Below, one piece after another: positions 50,032 to 63,069 of a stretch of DNA of 64,000 nt (the stretch's first letter is position 1; each line of letters opens with the position of its first letter). The notes below the pieces were generated by a model. It ran no database searches. It saw only the letters and a list, made by a program, of their open reading frames with translations, and was not told where the DNA came from. Position numbers and translations under genes: made by a program. The stretch comes from Octopus sinensis (taxonomy: Eukaryota), in contig NC_042999.1 of NCBI RefSeq assembly GCF_006345805.1, positions 141,918,001 to 141,982,000 of the forward strand, read 5' to 3'.

Positions 50032-52149
50032 TGTACAAATGTTCAATTAAATTTCTCAGCATGTAAGATTTTTAACTGCAAATTTCATGTTTCCTTTCAT
50101 TGTTTAAAACCAAAAATCTTTTCTAGTAAGTTTTCCACCAAATCATCTCTTTCATATGAGCTTCTTCATTGCTTCTACTATCAATAATCTTCTTAAATAA
50201 AATGTGTCTGCTATGCCTTACTGAATCACATTTTTTTAAAGAAACAAACAAGAGAGAACACATTTTCTTTTATACACTTGGTTTGTGCAACATTGTTTTT
50301 TATTTTTTTTTTGTAACAAAGAGACATTTGATTTTTAACAATCATAATTATTGGGTAATTGTCAATGAATTTGTTATTTTTAGAAGACAAACAGTCTAAA
50401 TTTTTATTATTAAATTTTTAGAAGAAATTTAAAATTATGACTTTGTTGGAGAATTTCATTACAATGTCTGAAAAATTGCAAGAAAATTCTGGTATATAAG
50501 TAAAAAGGAGGAAAATAGTATTCGTTACCTTCAGTTGATTGTTTTTCACCACTCAATGAGTTTAACTGTAAAATCGTGTCACAGTGAATATCAATTAAAC
50601 CCAGTGAACAGCGGTGCTAATGACAACAGGTTCAATAACACATTACTCTGATGAGAATGGATGTTTTGTTTTCACTTCACAACAACAGACTTCCTAAACT
50701 GAAAGCAGTTAAATCAAAATTCACCTTCTTACATAAAATTTAGTCCATACCAATGAGGGAACCTCTGTATAGTTGTTCAACCTGCTAGAAATGACAACTA
50801 AAAGTTGTCATAAAAAAGGACACAGTGTATTCTTACATACAATGTATGACAAAAAAGTGCTTAAGGTTACAACCAGAATGTTTTTAATCATATGTTTTCT
50901 CAATCAAGGCTGACTTGAAGCTATATAACTTTCTTGTCTTAAAATATAAATTTTATATATATTCAAATCTATATGATTGAAGCTAAAGTTTTCATATCTA
51001 TCCAATTCAATGTAATTACATATATTGACTTATCTAAATAGTTCTTTAGTTGCAGGTCTTTCCTGATCAAGCATCAATGACATCATTCTTTGGTATCAAG
51101 GATAATTGTTTATAATATTTTAACTTGTGCAAGGTAGGACCACAAATTTGTTTGCAAACTCAGCATTTGTTGTCTTGAGAAAAGACACTGCGTTAGTTGC
51201 ATTCAGTGCTTACGTTTATCATTATGTCATGCTTGAGAAGACTCATCAAGCCAAGTAAAATAGAAGTTGTGACAGATACTAGTACCATGCAAATGGCATG
51301 TAAAAGCACTCATTACACTCTCTGAGTGGTTGGTATTAGGAATGGTATCCAGCCTTAGAAACCATGTCAAATCAAACTGGAGTCTGGTGCAGCTTGCCAG
51401 CCCTGGTCAAACCGTCCAACCCATGCCAGCACGGGCAATGGATGTTAAATGATAATGATGATTTAATATGATTGGCTATGTTGTATAGAATAAATATCCT
51501 GAGAATGTTTCCCTTACATCATAACAGGAACTGACAATTGCATATAACAAATTTGGTGCTGATCTCAGATCATAGTCTTTATATACATATCTACTCGGAC
51601 AAGCAAAGGTTGTGCTGCAATTTTATGTGGTGTTATCTTTATTTAGTCAATTTTCACCAGGTTTCTGCTTGTTTGGTACTTGTTAAAGCAAGTTAAGATT
51701 TAGACTCATGCTCCTATATGCATCATCATGGTGTGTGTTCTGATACAATCTGGTCATTTATTAGCTTGCAATCTAGTATGAGACCTGAATACTTGGTGGG
51801 AGATTACCTAATGTGAGCTTAAGCATAGCTGAGAAGATAGTAAATTGTATGGGGCAGTTAGGCACCCAAGACTTACTCCCACTTCAAACTGATCTGTGGA
51901 AAACTGGCATCACATTTTGGTTTTTGTTGTGCAAAAGCTGTATGATTGTGATGAGTTCTGTGGGAAGCTAAGTTTGGCTAGCACTTTTCACTATGCTTCA
52001 TAATTTATAGAATCAAATGTTTTTGATAAGTTCAAAGAAAACCATGTAAAATAATTTGTTACTCATAGCATTTATTCTGCAGCAGGCTGACAAACAATCA
52101 TCTCTTTAGAGTGGAGTAAAAACCAATAGAATTAGTCCCAAGTGCAGTG

Positions 52150-52810
52150 GAAGAATGTTTTTTTTTTCTCGGACGAGTCATCCTTTTCCTTATTTCCGAC
52201 CACTGGCCGAGTATACGTGTAGAGACAGCCAAAAGAAGCATTTGACTTAGACTGCCTTCTTCCAACTGTTAAACATGGAGGAGGATCTGTGATGATCTGG
52301 ATGGCTATATCTTGGAAATCTGCCAGCCCAATGGTTTCCCTTTGTGGCAGAATTAATAGTCAAGACTATTTATGCAGTTTATCTGATTAAATTCATCTTA
52401 TGGTTGCGGAACTGTTTCCAGAGGGAAACACAATCTTTCAGGATGATAATGCACCAATTCCTGCAGCTAAAGTTGTTACTGAATGGCATGAGGACCATTC
52501 TAGTGAAGTTGAACATTCGAACATCTTATCTGGCCACCACAGTCCCCAGATCTCAATATTATTGAACATTTATGGTGCATTTTAGAAAAACAAGTCAGGA
52601 GTCGATATCCTCCACCATCATCACTACAAGAACTGGAGACTGTTTTAGCTGAAGAATGGACAAAATTTCCTTTGGAAACAATTCAAACTTTGTACGAGTC
52701 TATACCTCATAGAATTCAAGCTGTAACTACTGTCAAAGGCAGTCCTACCCCATATTAAAATATATTTGTTTGAAATTTTAAGGTATTTCCATTATTTTGT
52801 CCAACCCCTG
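52150..52810 (+). mobile_element. Tc1-like transposon 3' remnant
   Basis: DESSF...PTVKHGGGSVMIW...IFQDDNAP; terminal CCATTATTTTGTCCAACCCCTG followed by TA. Confidence 0.85.
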
Positions 52811-52850
52811 TATATATTGAAATTTTATAGAAATGCCGTTCAAACAGCAC

Positions 52851-53490
52851 AAATTACGATTATAAAGAAATTCGTGGGGGGAAAATGTTTTCCGAAGGGG
52901 TGGGGAGAGGATTTTGGAAAATTCACACAATCCGTTTTTTTCCTTCATAACTTTCGGGATCTAGTTTAGCGTCCAGTCACCAAAGCGAAAAAAGAAAACC
53001 AGTCTAATAGGTATATGAAAACAAAAATTGGCGCAAACGAACGGGGTGGGTGGGTGTTGAGAGGATTTCGGAAAATTCGCACGATCCCATTTTTTCCCTC
53101 ATAACTTTTAGGAAAATGGATATCTTTCAACGAAATTTTACAGAAACACCTTTCAAACGGTATAGATTACGATTATAAAGAAATTTGTGGGGAAAATGTT
53201 TTCCTAAAAGTTATGAGAGAAAAAATCGGATCGTGTAAATTTTCCGAAAGTCATTCTCCCCACTTACCCATCCCGTTCGTTTGCACAAATTTTTTGTTTT
53301 CGTATTCGTTTTTGAACATCTATTAGACTGTTTTTATTTAATTATTTATTTTCGTTTTGGTGACCGGGCGCTAAACTAGATCCCGAAAGTTACTAGGGAT
53401 AAAAATGGATCGTGTGAACTTTCCGACAGTCCCCTCCCCACCCCTTCGAAAAACATTTTCCCCACAAATTTCTTTATAATCGTAATTTGA
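52851..53490. repeat. Foldback-like element with ~140-bp inverted arms and internal repeats
   Basis: AAATTACGATTATAAAGAAATT...GGGATCTAGTTTAGCG..CAGTCACCAAA versus TTTGGTGACCGGGCGCTAAACTAGATCCC...AATTTCTTTATAATCGTAATTT. Confidence 0.7.
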
Positions 53491-54732
53491 TTTGGACTTG
53501 TACCATTTGAACGGTATTTCTATAAAATTTCACTAATATACATTTTCCTGAAAGTTATGAGGAAAAATCGGATCTTGTGAATTTTCCTAAAGTCATCTCC
53601 CCACCCTACCCGCGTTCGTTTGCAGAATTTTTTTTTTTTTCATATTCGCTTTCTACACATCTTTTTATACCTAGTAGGCTGTGGTTCTTTTTTTTTTTTT
53701 TGTTCGGCTTTCATTAATGGATCTCAAACTGTATATTGACCAATGTCAACTTATAGAGTTTGTCTTGACGCACTGCAGAACTTTTCAAAGTTTTGTAAAT
53801 GTTGGGAAAATATCTCTCGTAAATAAAATACACTATAGAGCTGTACTAAAATAAATACACCCTTCGCTATATTTACAAACCAAAACCTGTAAACACTCAA
53901 GTACCAAACTAGTTTTTGCGCGTCATGGACACCTATTTTTAAAGTTTAAAAATCTGGCAATAATTCGGTATATACAAACCTACTCAGCTGAAAGCAAAAC
54001 AACACCTATCCTACCTGAGACTAAATTCTATGCTAATTTTTGTAGCATTTACGACTGTTTTCCCACATTTCAGCATTTTTTTTCCAACATATTCATTCAA
54101 GTTAGTTGACAACCCTTAGAATTATGTGTTAACAATTTACCGAATTCATTGTTACTGGCATTGCACTGGTGTCATACATAAAATTCAAAATATGAACAGG
54201 AATATATTTTACAAAAGAAAGACAAAGAAAAAGATATCAATGCAGCACTAAGTGCTTCAATTGGTCGCACACCACAAGGTTGAACGGAACAACAATAAAT
54301 GAATACTACCTTTAGCTTGTATATTTATTATCATTATTATTTATCTACGGGAAAATTATCCGTCACGTCAGTAACTCAAATTAAAACAAACGGATAAATG
54401 GATAATTACCTCCCTCTACTTCGCTTCTTTTGGAATATGGCTTTAAGTGTCATATTTACCCTCGTGTCTTAAACCACGGATCTCGGAAACTGACGGAACC
54501 TACCGAAAACAAATCCCTTTAAAAGGGTAAAAGAAAAGTGCAATTTGATTATCTTTGATGTCTCTTCATCTTTACTATTAATATAGTTATGCTACAATTT
54601 AGTTAATTTATCATGCATTAGTTTAGATTAACGAAGAATACAATACCTGTCTAACCTCGGATATCGCTACATCAATTATCCTCAAAGTCGCATCACTTCG
54701 TTTCTTAGGAAATCCGATTAAAGTTACAGATA

Positions 54733-55228
54733 ATGGCAAGGCCGAGAAAATACAAGACTGAAGCAGAAAAACGAGAAGCCAGGCGACAGCGTGAACGAAT
54801 CAAAAGAGCTAATGAAACACCTTTAGAGAGAGATCATAGACTGATGAAATTATCTTTGAATGAATGGAAACGGCGACGAAGTGAAACTGTTGAACAGAGA
54901 AGTGAGAGACTTAAAAGGCTGTCCTTAAATGCACGGAAGAGACGGGCTAAGGAAACGGCAGAAGAGAGAGCAAATCGGCTTCGAAAACTGTCTGAGAGCG
55001 AAATGAGGAGGCGTGCCAGAGAAACGTCTGAAGAAAGAAAGAGAAGACTTAAGAAACTCGCCGAATATGCAAAGAACAAGCGTACTTCCGAGTCAAATTG
55101 TCCTAATACACAAGTGGCTAAAATGGCGCGAGGCCGAAAGCAGACTGCTAATGGCATTAAGATCACCCTGACCAACTGTTACGATGACCAAGAAAACCAT
55201 TACCTGGAGGAGATGCATCACGATCCTG
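54733..55228 (+). CDS. Unit 4 exon 1 (coding part): AT-hook-like RPRK plus four STPR repeats
   Basis: Four exact 23-aa repeats at 54814-55089; donor CCTG|GTATCT (phase 1); close paralog of 41645-42116. Confidence 0.85.
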
Positions 55229-57895
55229 GTATCTGTCCTATGAACTTTTGATTAATTTGAGGGTGATAATAACTAGCATATCTAATTTTCTTCAACACTA
55301 TTAATGTAAACAAACCTTGCAGGATATGATGCCGGCAATTCCGTGACAACTTCTAGTCCAAGTTGTAAACTATTTGGCTAGCGTCCAAGAAAACGGCATC
55401 AATGTCACATAATCTCATTTTCTGTTTTTACGAAAACAGATTTTATATCATTATAAGATCTGTGTTGATGTTCTAATGTAGATTAATTTTTGACTTTTGG
55501 GTTTAGATAAGCTGGACATATATATATATATATATATATATATCCTATGATATTTTGAAGAGTACTTACTTTAATTTTCTGTTTCATCTCACGATGTGTG
55601 AGAGGATAATCGTATCGATGTCCTTTCTTTTTCTTCCTCAACATCAACTTCTCGTGCAAAAGTTGTAAAAATTCCACAGGAGTCGCATAAAAAGTAGCAA
55701 GGGCTCATAATCAATTCATGTCATTTTATACTTCATTCTAATATATTCTCGAAGTTGTTATGCCAAAACAAACATTTGGAGTAGCGATGCACTTTTCGAG
55801 TTTGTTACTGACTTCCACGACAAACAGTTATGAAGTCACTTTCAGTTTCAGTATTGCTCCGTGACGCGACTATGTAAATCTAAATAACAACAAACATCTA
55901 GGCACAGGATTTGATTATTTATGTTAATATAGTTTTTTAAGTAGGTCAAAATTTTTTTTTCACACCAGAAATACTAGGATTATAACTTATAAATGTAAAA
56001 AAAAAATAATATATATATGGTTATCAGAAATTTTGTTTTATCAAGAGTGTATGAATGAAATCAGTCATTTTCGCATCCTTTATTTTTGATGTTTTATTTA
56101 TTTATTATTAGTTTTATTCGAAACACAAGAAATCAAAAATTACTCTAGTGTTGTAATCATTTAATGTATTTATATGTAAGACATCTATATGTGAAGGTGT
56201 GCAAAGACGAGGAATGAAACTCTAGAACATACAAAAATGTAAACTAATTTTAGCTTTAAATTGAAATTAAGCCAAATGATGTTATGTGTATGAGGGGCTA
56301 AAAATTTATTTATGGAATTAAATATATAGCTAGAAATTATATATTCCAAATAGAAATAATATATACTTTAACACCTATTAATCACTGTTTTAAAACGTTT
56401 TAATGAAGCCGATTATGGTACTGTTTCAGGAGATAACTCTATCAGCATCAACGCATCATTATTTAACGTCTGTCTTCTGTGCTGTCATAGGTTGGATAGT
56501 TCAACAGAATCTGACTTGTTGGTGGACTATTGAGCACCAATGTCTGCTTTGGCATAGTTTCTATGTCTGGATGCCCTTCCCAATGCCAACCACTTTATAA
56601 AGTGTACTGTGTGCTTTTCATGGTACCAACACTAGTGAGACCACTAAATAACTTGGAAGATAAATCCCCTTTACTGAGTTGGGGATGTAAGGTGTTGAGA
56701 GGCTAAAATGTGATAGAAAGACAGCAACAGGTGTCTTATATTATAGAAGAGATACATGGCTTCTTCAGCAATAAAAAGAAGAAAAGACAGTGGTTATTTT
56801 GTGTCAGGGCATATCCTCAAGATAAAAGGAGGAAATGAAAGAGAACAGAGATAGAAGATCAGGAAAAGTGGATGGCCAAGTACATGAAAATATGAAAGGA
56901 GAGTGAAAAATGTTTTGTGATGAGGACAGAGTTGGATGCAGTGAATGATGAACATAGGTGGACATGTAGTCAATGGTGACTATCAGTTTGGAGGAGAAGG
57001 GGAAGAAAATAGGAGTGGGTCAAGGAGCAGGAGGTGATAAATGGCAGTACGAAAAGAGATTGATGAAGAGCAACAGTATAATAAAACTGTAGACAGATGA
57101 GAGATAGTGAGATGATATTCAATGTGTGGAGTGGGTATGAGAAAGGGATGCACAGAAATGGAGGGCAGAGGTATGTAGGAGTGGGTGTTGTGAGTGATGA
57201 ACAAAGGTGGTAGGGTAAAGTGATAATGTTAAGCTAAAGGAATTTTAATGGTTTCTTTATTGATATTTTTTTATCAAGAAATCAGGAAGTGGCATATTAG
57301 GTTGTGATTGAACAGCAAAGGCAATCACTGGTTTCAAAGTCTTAATCATATATTTTGTATTTTGAGTTTTTAAGTTGTTGATCCCTAAACAGTAAGTAAT
57401 TATGAAGAACCTATAAACATCATTTCTAAATAATTGATTTTCATAGTCATGGGGATTAGATTTTTTAAAGAGAAAGTAAATGGAAGTTATCTCATGTTTT
57501 TCTGAAGGAGATTACTGTAAATAAAGGATAGCTCATGGATCCAGCTCTCCAAGAGCGTACCTCTTCTTCTGCAACACTCACAACTACTATTTCCAAAATA
57601 TTAATGCTTGTTCTTTTAAAAATGTCTTAGATATATCATTGAAAGACTAAACCAAAGTTTGAAATATTGATATTTATTGAATTTAAAGAGAGGAAAGAAG
57701 AACATGGTATGGTGTATTGACAAGGGATGTGATGGCTTAAAAAAACTAGATATCTTTGAAACTTTAAAATCAAAATTAACACTGAAAAAAGAAATATGAA
57801 TTCTGCAAAAATAGGACTTAATATTTTAAATAATTACTCTTTAATTGTTTCCGTTCAGAAAAAGGTTTACTTGAAAGTAATTCTTATTTTTACAG

Positions 57896-58121
57896 AAAAG
57901 TTTCAAGCTCTTGTTGAAAAGTCAGGACTTAATTCCATTCCCACTTCTCAACTTCGTTGTGTTGAAACAAGAAAATTGCAAAAAGTCTCTGTTGGAATTG
58001 GTGCAAATAGGAAAAAGAAAACCAAAACAACAACCAGAGCACAGAGGAACCAATTGATCTCAGTCTACACTTCTAATAAAGCAAACTCCAAATTATGCAA
58101 AACCAGAACCAATGCAATGTT
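57896..58121 (+). CDS. Unit 4 exon 2: linker
   Basis: TTTTTACAG|AA; KFQALVEKS...KLCKTRTNAM; donor TT|GTGAGT. Paralog of 44386-44596. Confidence 0.85.
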
Positions 58122-59417
58122 GTGAGTATTTTAGATCATCTCCTTTAAAAGTTTACTTTTTCTTATACTAACTAGTGGAGAATTTTTAAAAATTCAACAT
58201 CTCTTATCTATTGGGTTGAGGAATAATTCATGAGCGTTTTTTTTTTCTTTTCAAATTTATTTTAAACAAAATAACTACAATAAATTAATCGATAATATAC
58301 TCTCTGTTGTTGTTTACGACTTCCCCCTATTGTTCAATAAGTTTTGCAATGTCTCGGTGATAGAAATCTCCCAGTCTTGACTCAGAGAATTCGTCCAACC
58401 AAGCCCTCAATTTCATGTCATTATTGAACAATACACCATGCAAAGCAATCAAAAGAGATGAAAATCTGATGGCACCAAGTCTGGAGAGTATGGAGGATGA
58501 GGCAGCTCTTTCTGTTTGATGTTAGGACACACATTGTGTTGCAGAAGAACTCCATTTCGCCTATTCAGTTTTTTTGCTGAATTGCTTTGTTGAGTCACTG
58601 CAGTTGTTGAACGTAGAGCTCTGCATTAAATGTTTGATTGCGCTCAACCAGTTCATAACAAATTGTGCCTTCCCAGTCACCACCATACACACCACATGGT
58701 CTTTCAAGGATGAAGGTCTTGTTTTGCTTGTAGAGTCGCTTGTTTGTCGGAGCTGAGCCATTTATTTTGCTGCTTCATTTTGATGTAAAGGCACCATTTT
58801 CTATTACTAGTGATAATGTGGTAAAGAAAACGTTGTTTGTGACTATATGTTGAGCGATGTCGAGCAAACAAACTGGTGGCAATTGTGGAGCATTGATTTT
58901 TGTTGTTTTTACTCAAAGTGTATGGTACCCAAGTGCTGAGTTTCTAAACTATTGAGTGAAGGTGGTTCACCACTTTTTTTTCATCACATTCCATTTGCTC
59001 CACCAATTCTCTGGTTGTTTGACGTGGATTTTTATGAAGAAGTTGATTCAATTGCTCTTCATTGAACTCAATTGGTTGACTGGTGTGTGATCCATCCTTG
59101 AGGTCAAAATTCCCATTTTTGAAACATGAAAACCAATGGCAGGCAATATATTGAGACATTACTTCTCCATACACAGCACAAATCTCACAAGCAGCTTCGG
59201 CAGCCTTAACACCTTGATTAAATGCAAAAAGCAAATGGTGTCGAAAATGCTTATGTTTGTCCACTTGACATTCCATTTTAATGATCTGAAGATACACAAA
59301 AATCAACAAAAGTAAAAAAAATCAAAATACAGTAGTCCCCCGGTATTACATTCCTAGAGCATGGTCCATAAAATGCCTACAAATGTCAAAATATAATGTA
59401 AAATATTATATATATCA

Positions 59418-59807
59418 GGAGTGGCTGTGTGGTAAGTAGCTTGCTAACCAACCACATGGTTCCAGGTTCATCCCACAGCGTGGCATCTTGGGCAAGTGTC
59501 TTCTGCTATAGCCCCGGGCCGACCAATGCCTTGTGAGTGAATTTGGTAGACAGAAACTGAAAGAAGCCTGTCGTATATATATATATATATGTGTGTGTGT
59601 ATGTGTTTGTGTGTCTGTTTTTGTCCCCCTAGCATTGCTTGACAACCGATGCTGGTGTGTTTATGTCCCCATCACTTAGCAGTTCGGCAAAAGAGACCGA
59701 TAGAATAAGTACTGGGCTTACAAAGAATAAGTCCCGGGGTCGAGTTGCTCGACTAAAGGTGGTGCTCCAGCATGGCTGCAGTCAAATGACTGAAACAAGT
59801 AAAAGAG

Positions 59808-59810
<3 letters not shown>
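59418..59810 (+). mobile_element. tRNA-derived SINE; related pieces at ~15215-15520, ~22440-22560 and ~36420-36620
   Basis: GGAGTGGCTGTGTGGTAAG...CTTGGGCAAGTGTCTTCTGCTATAGCC...GACTGAAACAAGTAAAAGAG. Confidence 0.75.
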
Positions 59811-59839
<29 letters not shown>

Positions 59840-59892
59840 TTTATATATTCATTTTGCAAGATTCTTGATGTGATTTCCTGTGTTAAAACAGA

Positions 59893-60269
59893 TATTGTTG
59901 CATTTAGGGATGGTCGTGTTGCCAATTTAGCCAATAAAAACACACACACTATATATTTGGTGTTCACTTGCTTCAGCTTTATTTTATATAAATTTTATTT
60001 AGGCCAGAGTTCTTTCGTCACACTTCTGTGACCTCATCAGTGGTCCTTTACTTTCTTCTTTCTTTTCCGTGTGTCTCTCCTTACTAATGATCTGCCATTT
60101 TGTATTCCAATAGGTCACAGAGGTGTGAGGTCACAGAAGTGTGATGAAAGAACTCTGGCCGAAATACAATTCATATAAAATAAAGCTGAAGCAAGTGAAG
60201 ACCAAATATATTGTGCGTGTGTTTTTATTGGCTAAACTGGCAACATGACCATCCCCAAATACAACAATA
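59893..60269. repeat. Inverted repeat (arms ~144 bp, ~90-bp spacer) with a hammerhead-like motif
   Basis: Left arm 59893-60036 is the reverse complement of right arm 60126-60269. Confidence 0.9.
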
Positions 60270-63069
60270 AATATACATAGATACATACATACATATATAT
60301 ATATATACATACATATATATTATATTTAATAATAATTTTATAAAAAATTAAGTAAAATGTACGGTTACTCACCAATAATGAATGATATTGATTTAAGACG
60401 ATGATGAAAATAATGAGGGTAATGACTGCACAGCAAAGAAGATTTAAAGCTCTTCAGATGTTTTAGGGGATGTCGTATCTTCATGCAAGGCTTTTTTGGT
60501 GATCTTGAGGAACATTGTGGTGGGAAGTTGCTGTCGTTTCTTCTTGGTGGTGAGGAGAATTTTATATGTCTGCAATCCTGGCATTTTTAAATTGGAGAGA
60601 CCGAACCATATAGGGATCCCATGCTCCTGCTTTCCCTTGGAATTCCTTTGCTGTCCTTAAAAGATCAGACAGACATTTGATTGTCAGGCTCACCCCATCT
60701 CCCCCTTCCTCTGGATCTGGTGCTTCCTCCTCCTCTTTGCTGGCAGACATTAACTCCAACAAATCTTCATCTATCAGGGTTTCAGAGTAGGCATCAATGA
60801 GGTCCTTGACCTCATCTTGTGTAATGTCAAAACCTTCACCACCAAGTACCTTTGCCAGTTTCCTCTCATTGTTGAAAGCCTCATGCTGAATATCTGCAGG
60901 TGAGAAGCCCCCGTAGTCCTGGACACACTCTGGCCATACCTTCTTCCAGCATGCGATGAGGGTTTCTTTTGTCATTTCTTTAAGAGCAGCGTGGATGACT
61001 GACAGGCACATTGTGTTCGTGAACTTCTCATCCAAATCCATTGCATCCACAGTGTTGGAGAGTGTGTAGAATGCATGGATCATCCCTTGATCTGTAGGCT
61101 GGATGAAGGAGGTGGTATTGGCAGGGAAGATCTCAACTTGAACTTCCTTGTGGTTCAAATCCAAAGAGTGACCACCAGCAACACCTTGAGTTCCATGCAA
61201 ACATTTTGGAAGTATACTTTGGCTTGAGGGATGAAGTATTGGTGGAAGCAATTCAAAGTTAGACCTTTGGTAATCCAGGCCTTGGGGTTGCGCATCCAGT
61301 GGACAGGCAGCAGATTTTTATTCTTATTTTTGAAGGCCCTCAGGTTCATGGATTTGTAGATAAGTCCTGGTTTCATCATGAAGCCAGCAGCATTGCCACA
61401 CGTAATTAGCATCACTTTGTCCTTCTGTGCCTTAAACGCTGGGGCTCTGGCTTCATCCTTCATGATCTATGTTCTGGAAAGCATCTTCTTCGAGAACAAG
61501 CCAGTCTTGTCCATACTAAAAACCTGTTCCAGCTTGTATCCCTTGTCCTCAATAATCTACCTGAAAGTCTCAAGGTACTTCTCGGTGACTTTTTTGTCAG
61601 CTGATGCTGTCTCTCCATGCAGAGAAACACACTTTATTTTAAACCATTTCTGGAAACGGTCAAACCATTCCTTGCTGGTTTGAAAATCTTTGGGCTCCAA
61701 TGTTGTCAGTGATCTTGGTTGCGGTTTTTTGGTGCCCTCTGCTCTGTCTCCTCTGTGAAACTGCTGGTATAATTTCTGCACTTTCTTGTGGGTGATGTTA
61801 CCACTCAAGGAGATGTTTTTCTTCTTGCAGTCAATGATCCACAATACTAAGGCAGATTCCTTCCTGACAAAGCGCTTATTTCTCACTATCGTTATCTTTT
61901 TGGCACTTTCACTGAAACTTACTGCTATGGTAGTCCTGATCACCACCTTGTTCTTCTTTATTTAGCGTATGATGCTTTCATTGACAGCATAATAACGACC
62001 TACTGCAGCATAACTTTTACCTTCCTGGAACATGTCCAGCAGTTGTACCTTCTCATGGAGCGTCATAACAGCTTTCTGGTGCTTAGATTCACTGCCAGAA
62101 GTCTTAGAAGGTGTAGGGCATTTTGGGCAGCATCTTAGGGCTTTAATAACATGCTGCAAAAAATGCAGTACTCAGCAAAATACTGGAGATAACTTGATGC
62201 AGTTTTTCCAAAAAAAGAAACCTACAGAAAAATCTTCTTTGCATCTAATATGCACAAACCACAAATGGGAGATTGAGCAGAGATTAAAAATAATCATGGT
62301 TTTGAAAAATTTAGTTTGTATTACCACTAGATACAGTAATCTATAATATAATAATAAGAGAGAGTGAGTGAGTGAGAGAGGGGGGAGGGAGGGAGGGACC
62401 AGTAAGTGACCTAATTTCAATGATGCTATATTGGCTCATGACCTTAAAAATTATTCTGTTGAAATAAATATTGTGTATGATCAAATGTAGTAATGATTTA
62501 AAAAAATACACTAATAGTTGCTATACTAATTAGCAAGCTTTGAAGGAAAGCAGGAATAAGAGATACAAGATACAGTGTACTCGTATCTAAAAAAAAATCA
62601 AGCGACATAATGCATGGCTATTCTAATCAAAGGTATCTTCAGCTGTGAAGGGGCATCCAATAAACTGACAAATATGGTATCTTATTATTAATAGTTTAGC
62701 CTTAAAAAGTGTGGAAAAGTATATATTGGCACAAAAAATGCCATAAAAAATCACGGATGATATTTATGATTCCGCAAATAACCGGGCCCACAAATTTGAG
62801 AAAAATGCTCATGAATTTATTCCTCAACCAACTATTTGGTTGGAACAAATGTTCTTAGAGTTGAATGCCCTTATAGTTGAACACCCATACAAGAAGTAAG
62901 AATGGAACCCTTTTGTCAGTCAAGCAAACAGAAGCAAATGGTGATGTGTGCATTGTCCAGAGATCTTTAACAAACGCTTTGTATTGTTTGAATTTATTAA
63001 TGGGTATACTTAATGTTACTGTTGACTGTTATCTAACTAGTTATGTGTTTTATGTTTTTGTATTTGAAG

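Larger units (their letters stand above)
59330..62790 (-). mobile_element. Degraded near-full-length Tigger/pogo element
   Basis: Broken ORFs give HTH (61962-62159, 61557-61946) and DDE (61155-61463, 60562-61251). Related ends: CAGTAGTCCCCCGGTATT at 59330 and AATAACCGGGCCC at ~62777-62789. Confidence 0.8.
58211..62832 (-). mobile_element. Mariner element split by a nested Tigger
   Basis: TIRs TTGGGTTGAGGAATAATTCATGAGC (58211) / GCTCATGAATTTATTCCTCAACCAAC (to 62832), TA-flanked. Minus-strand KHFRHHLLFAFNQGVKAAEAA..IC.VYGE at ~59100-59276. Confidence 0.75.

Noticed and set aside
11036-55175. Antisense ORFs 11036-11374, 39450-39794, 42622-42972 and 54834-55175
   Set aside because: Shadows of the + strand coding exons, with no independent motifs.
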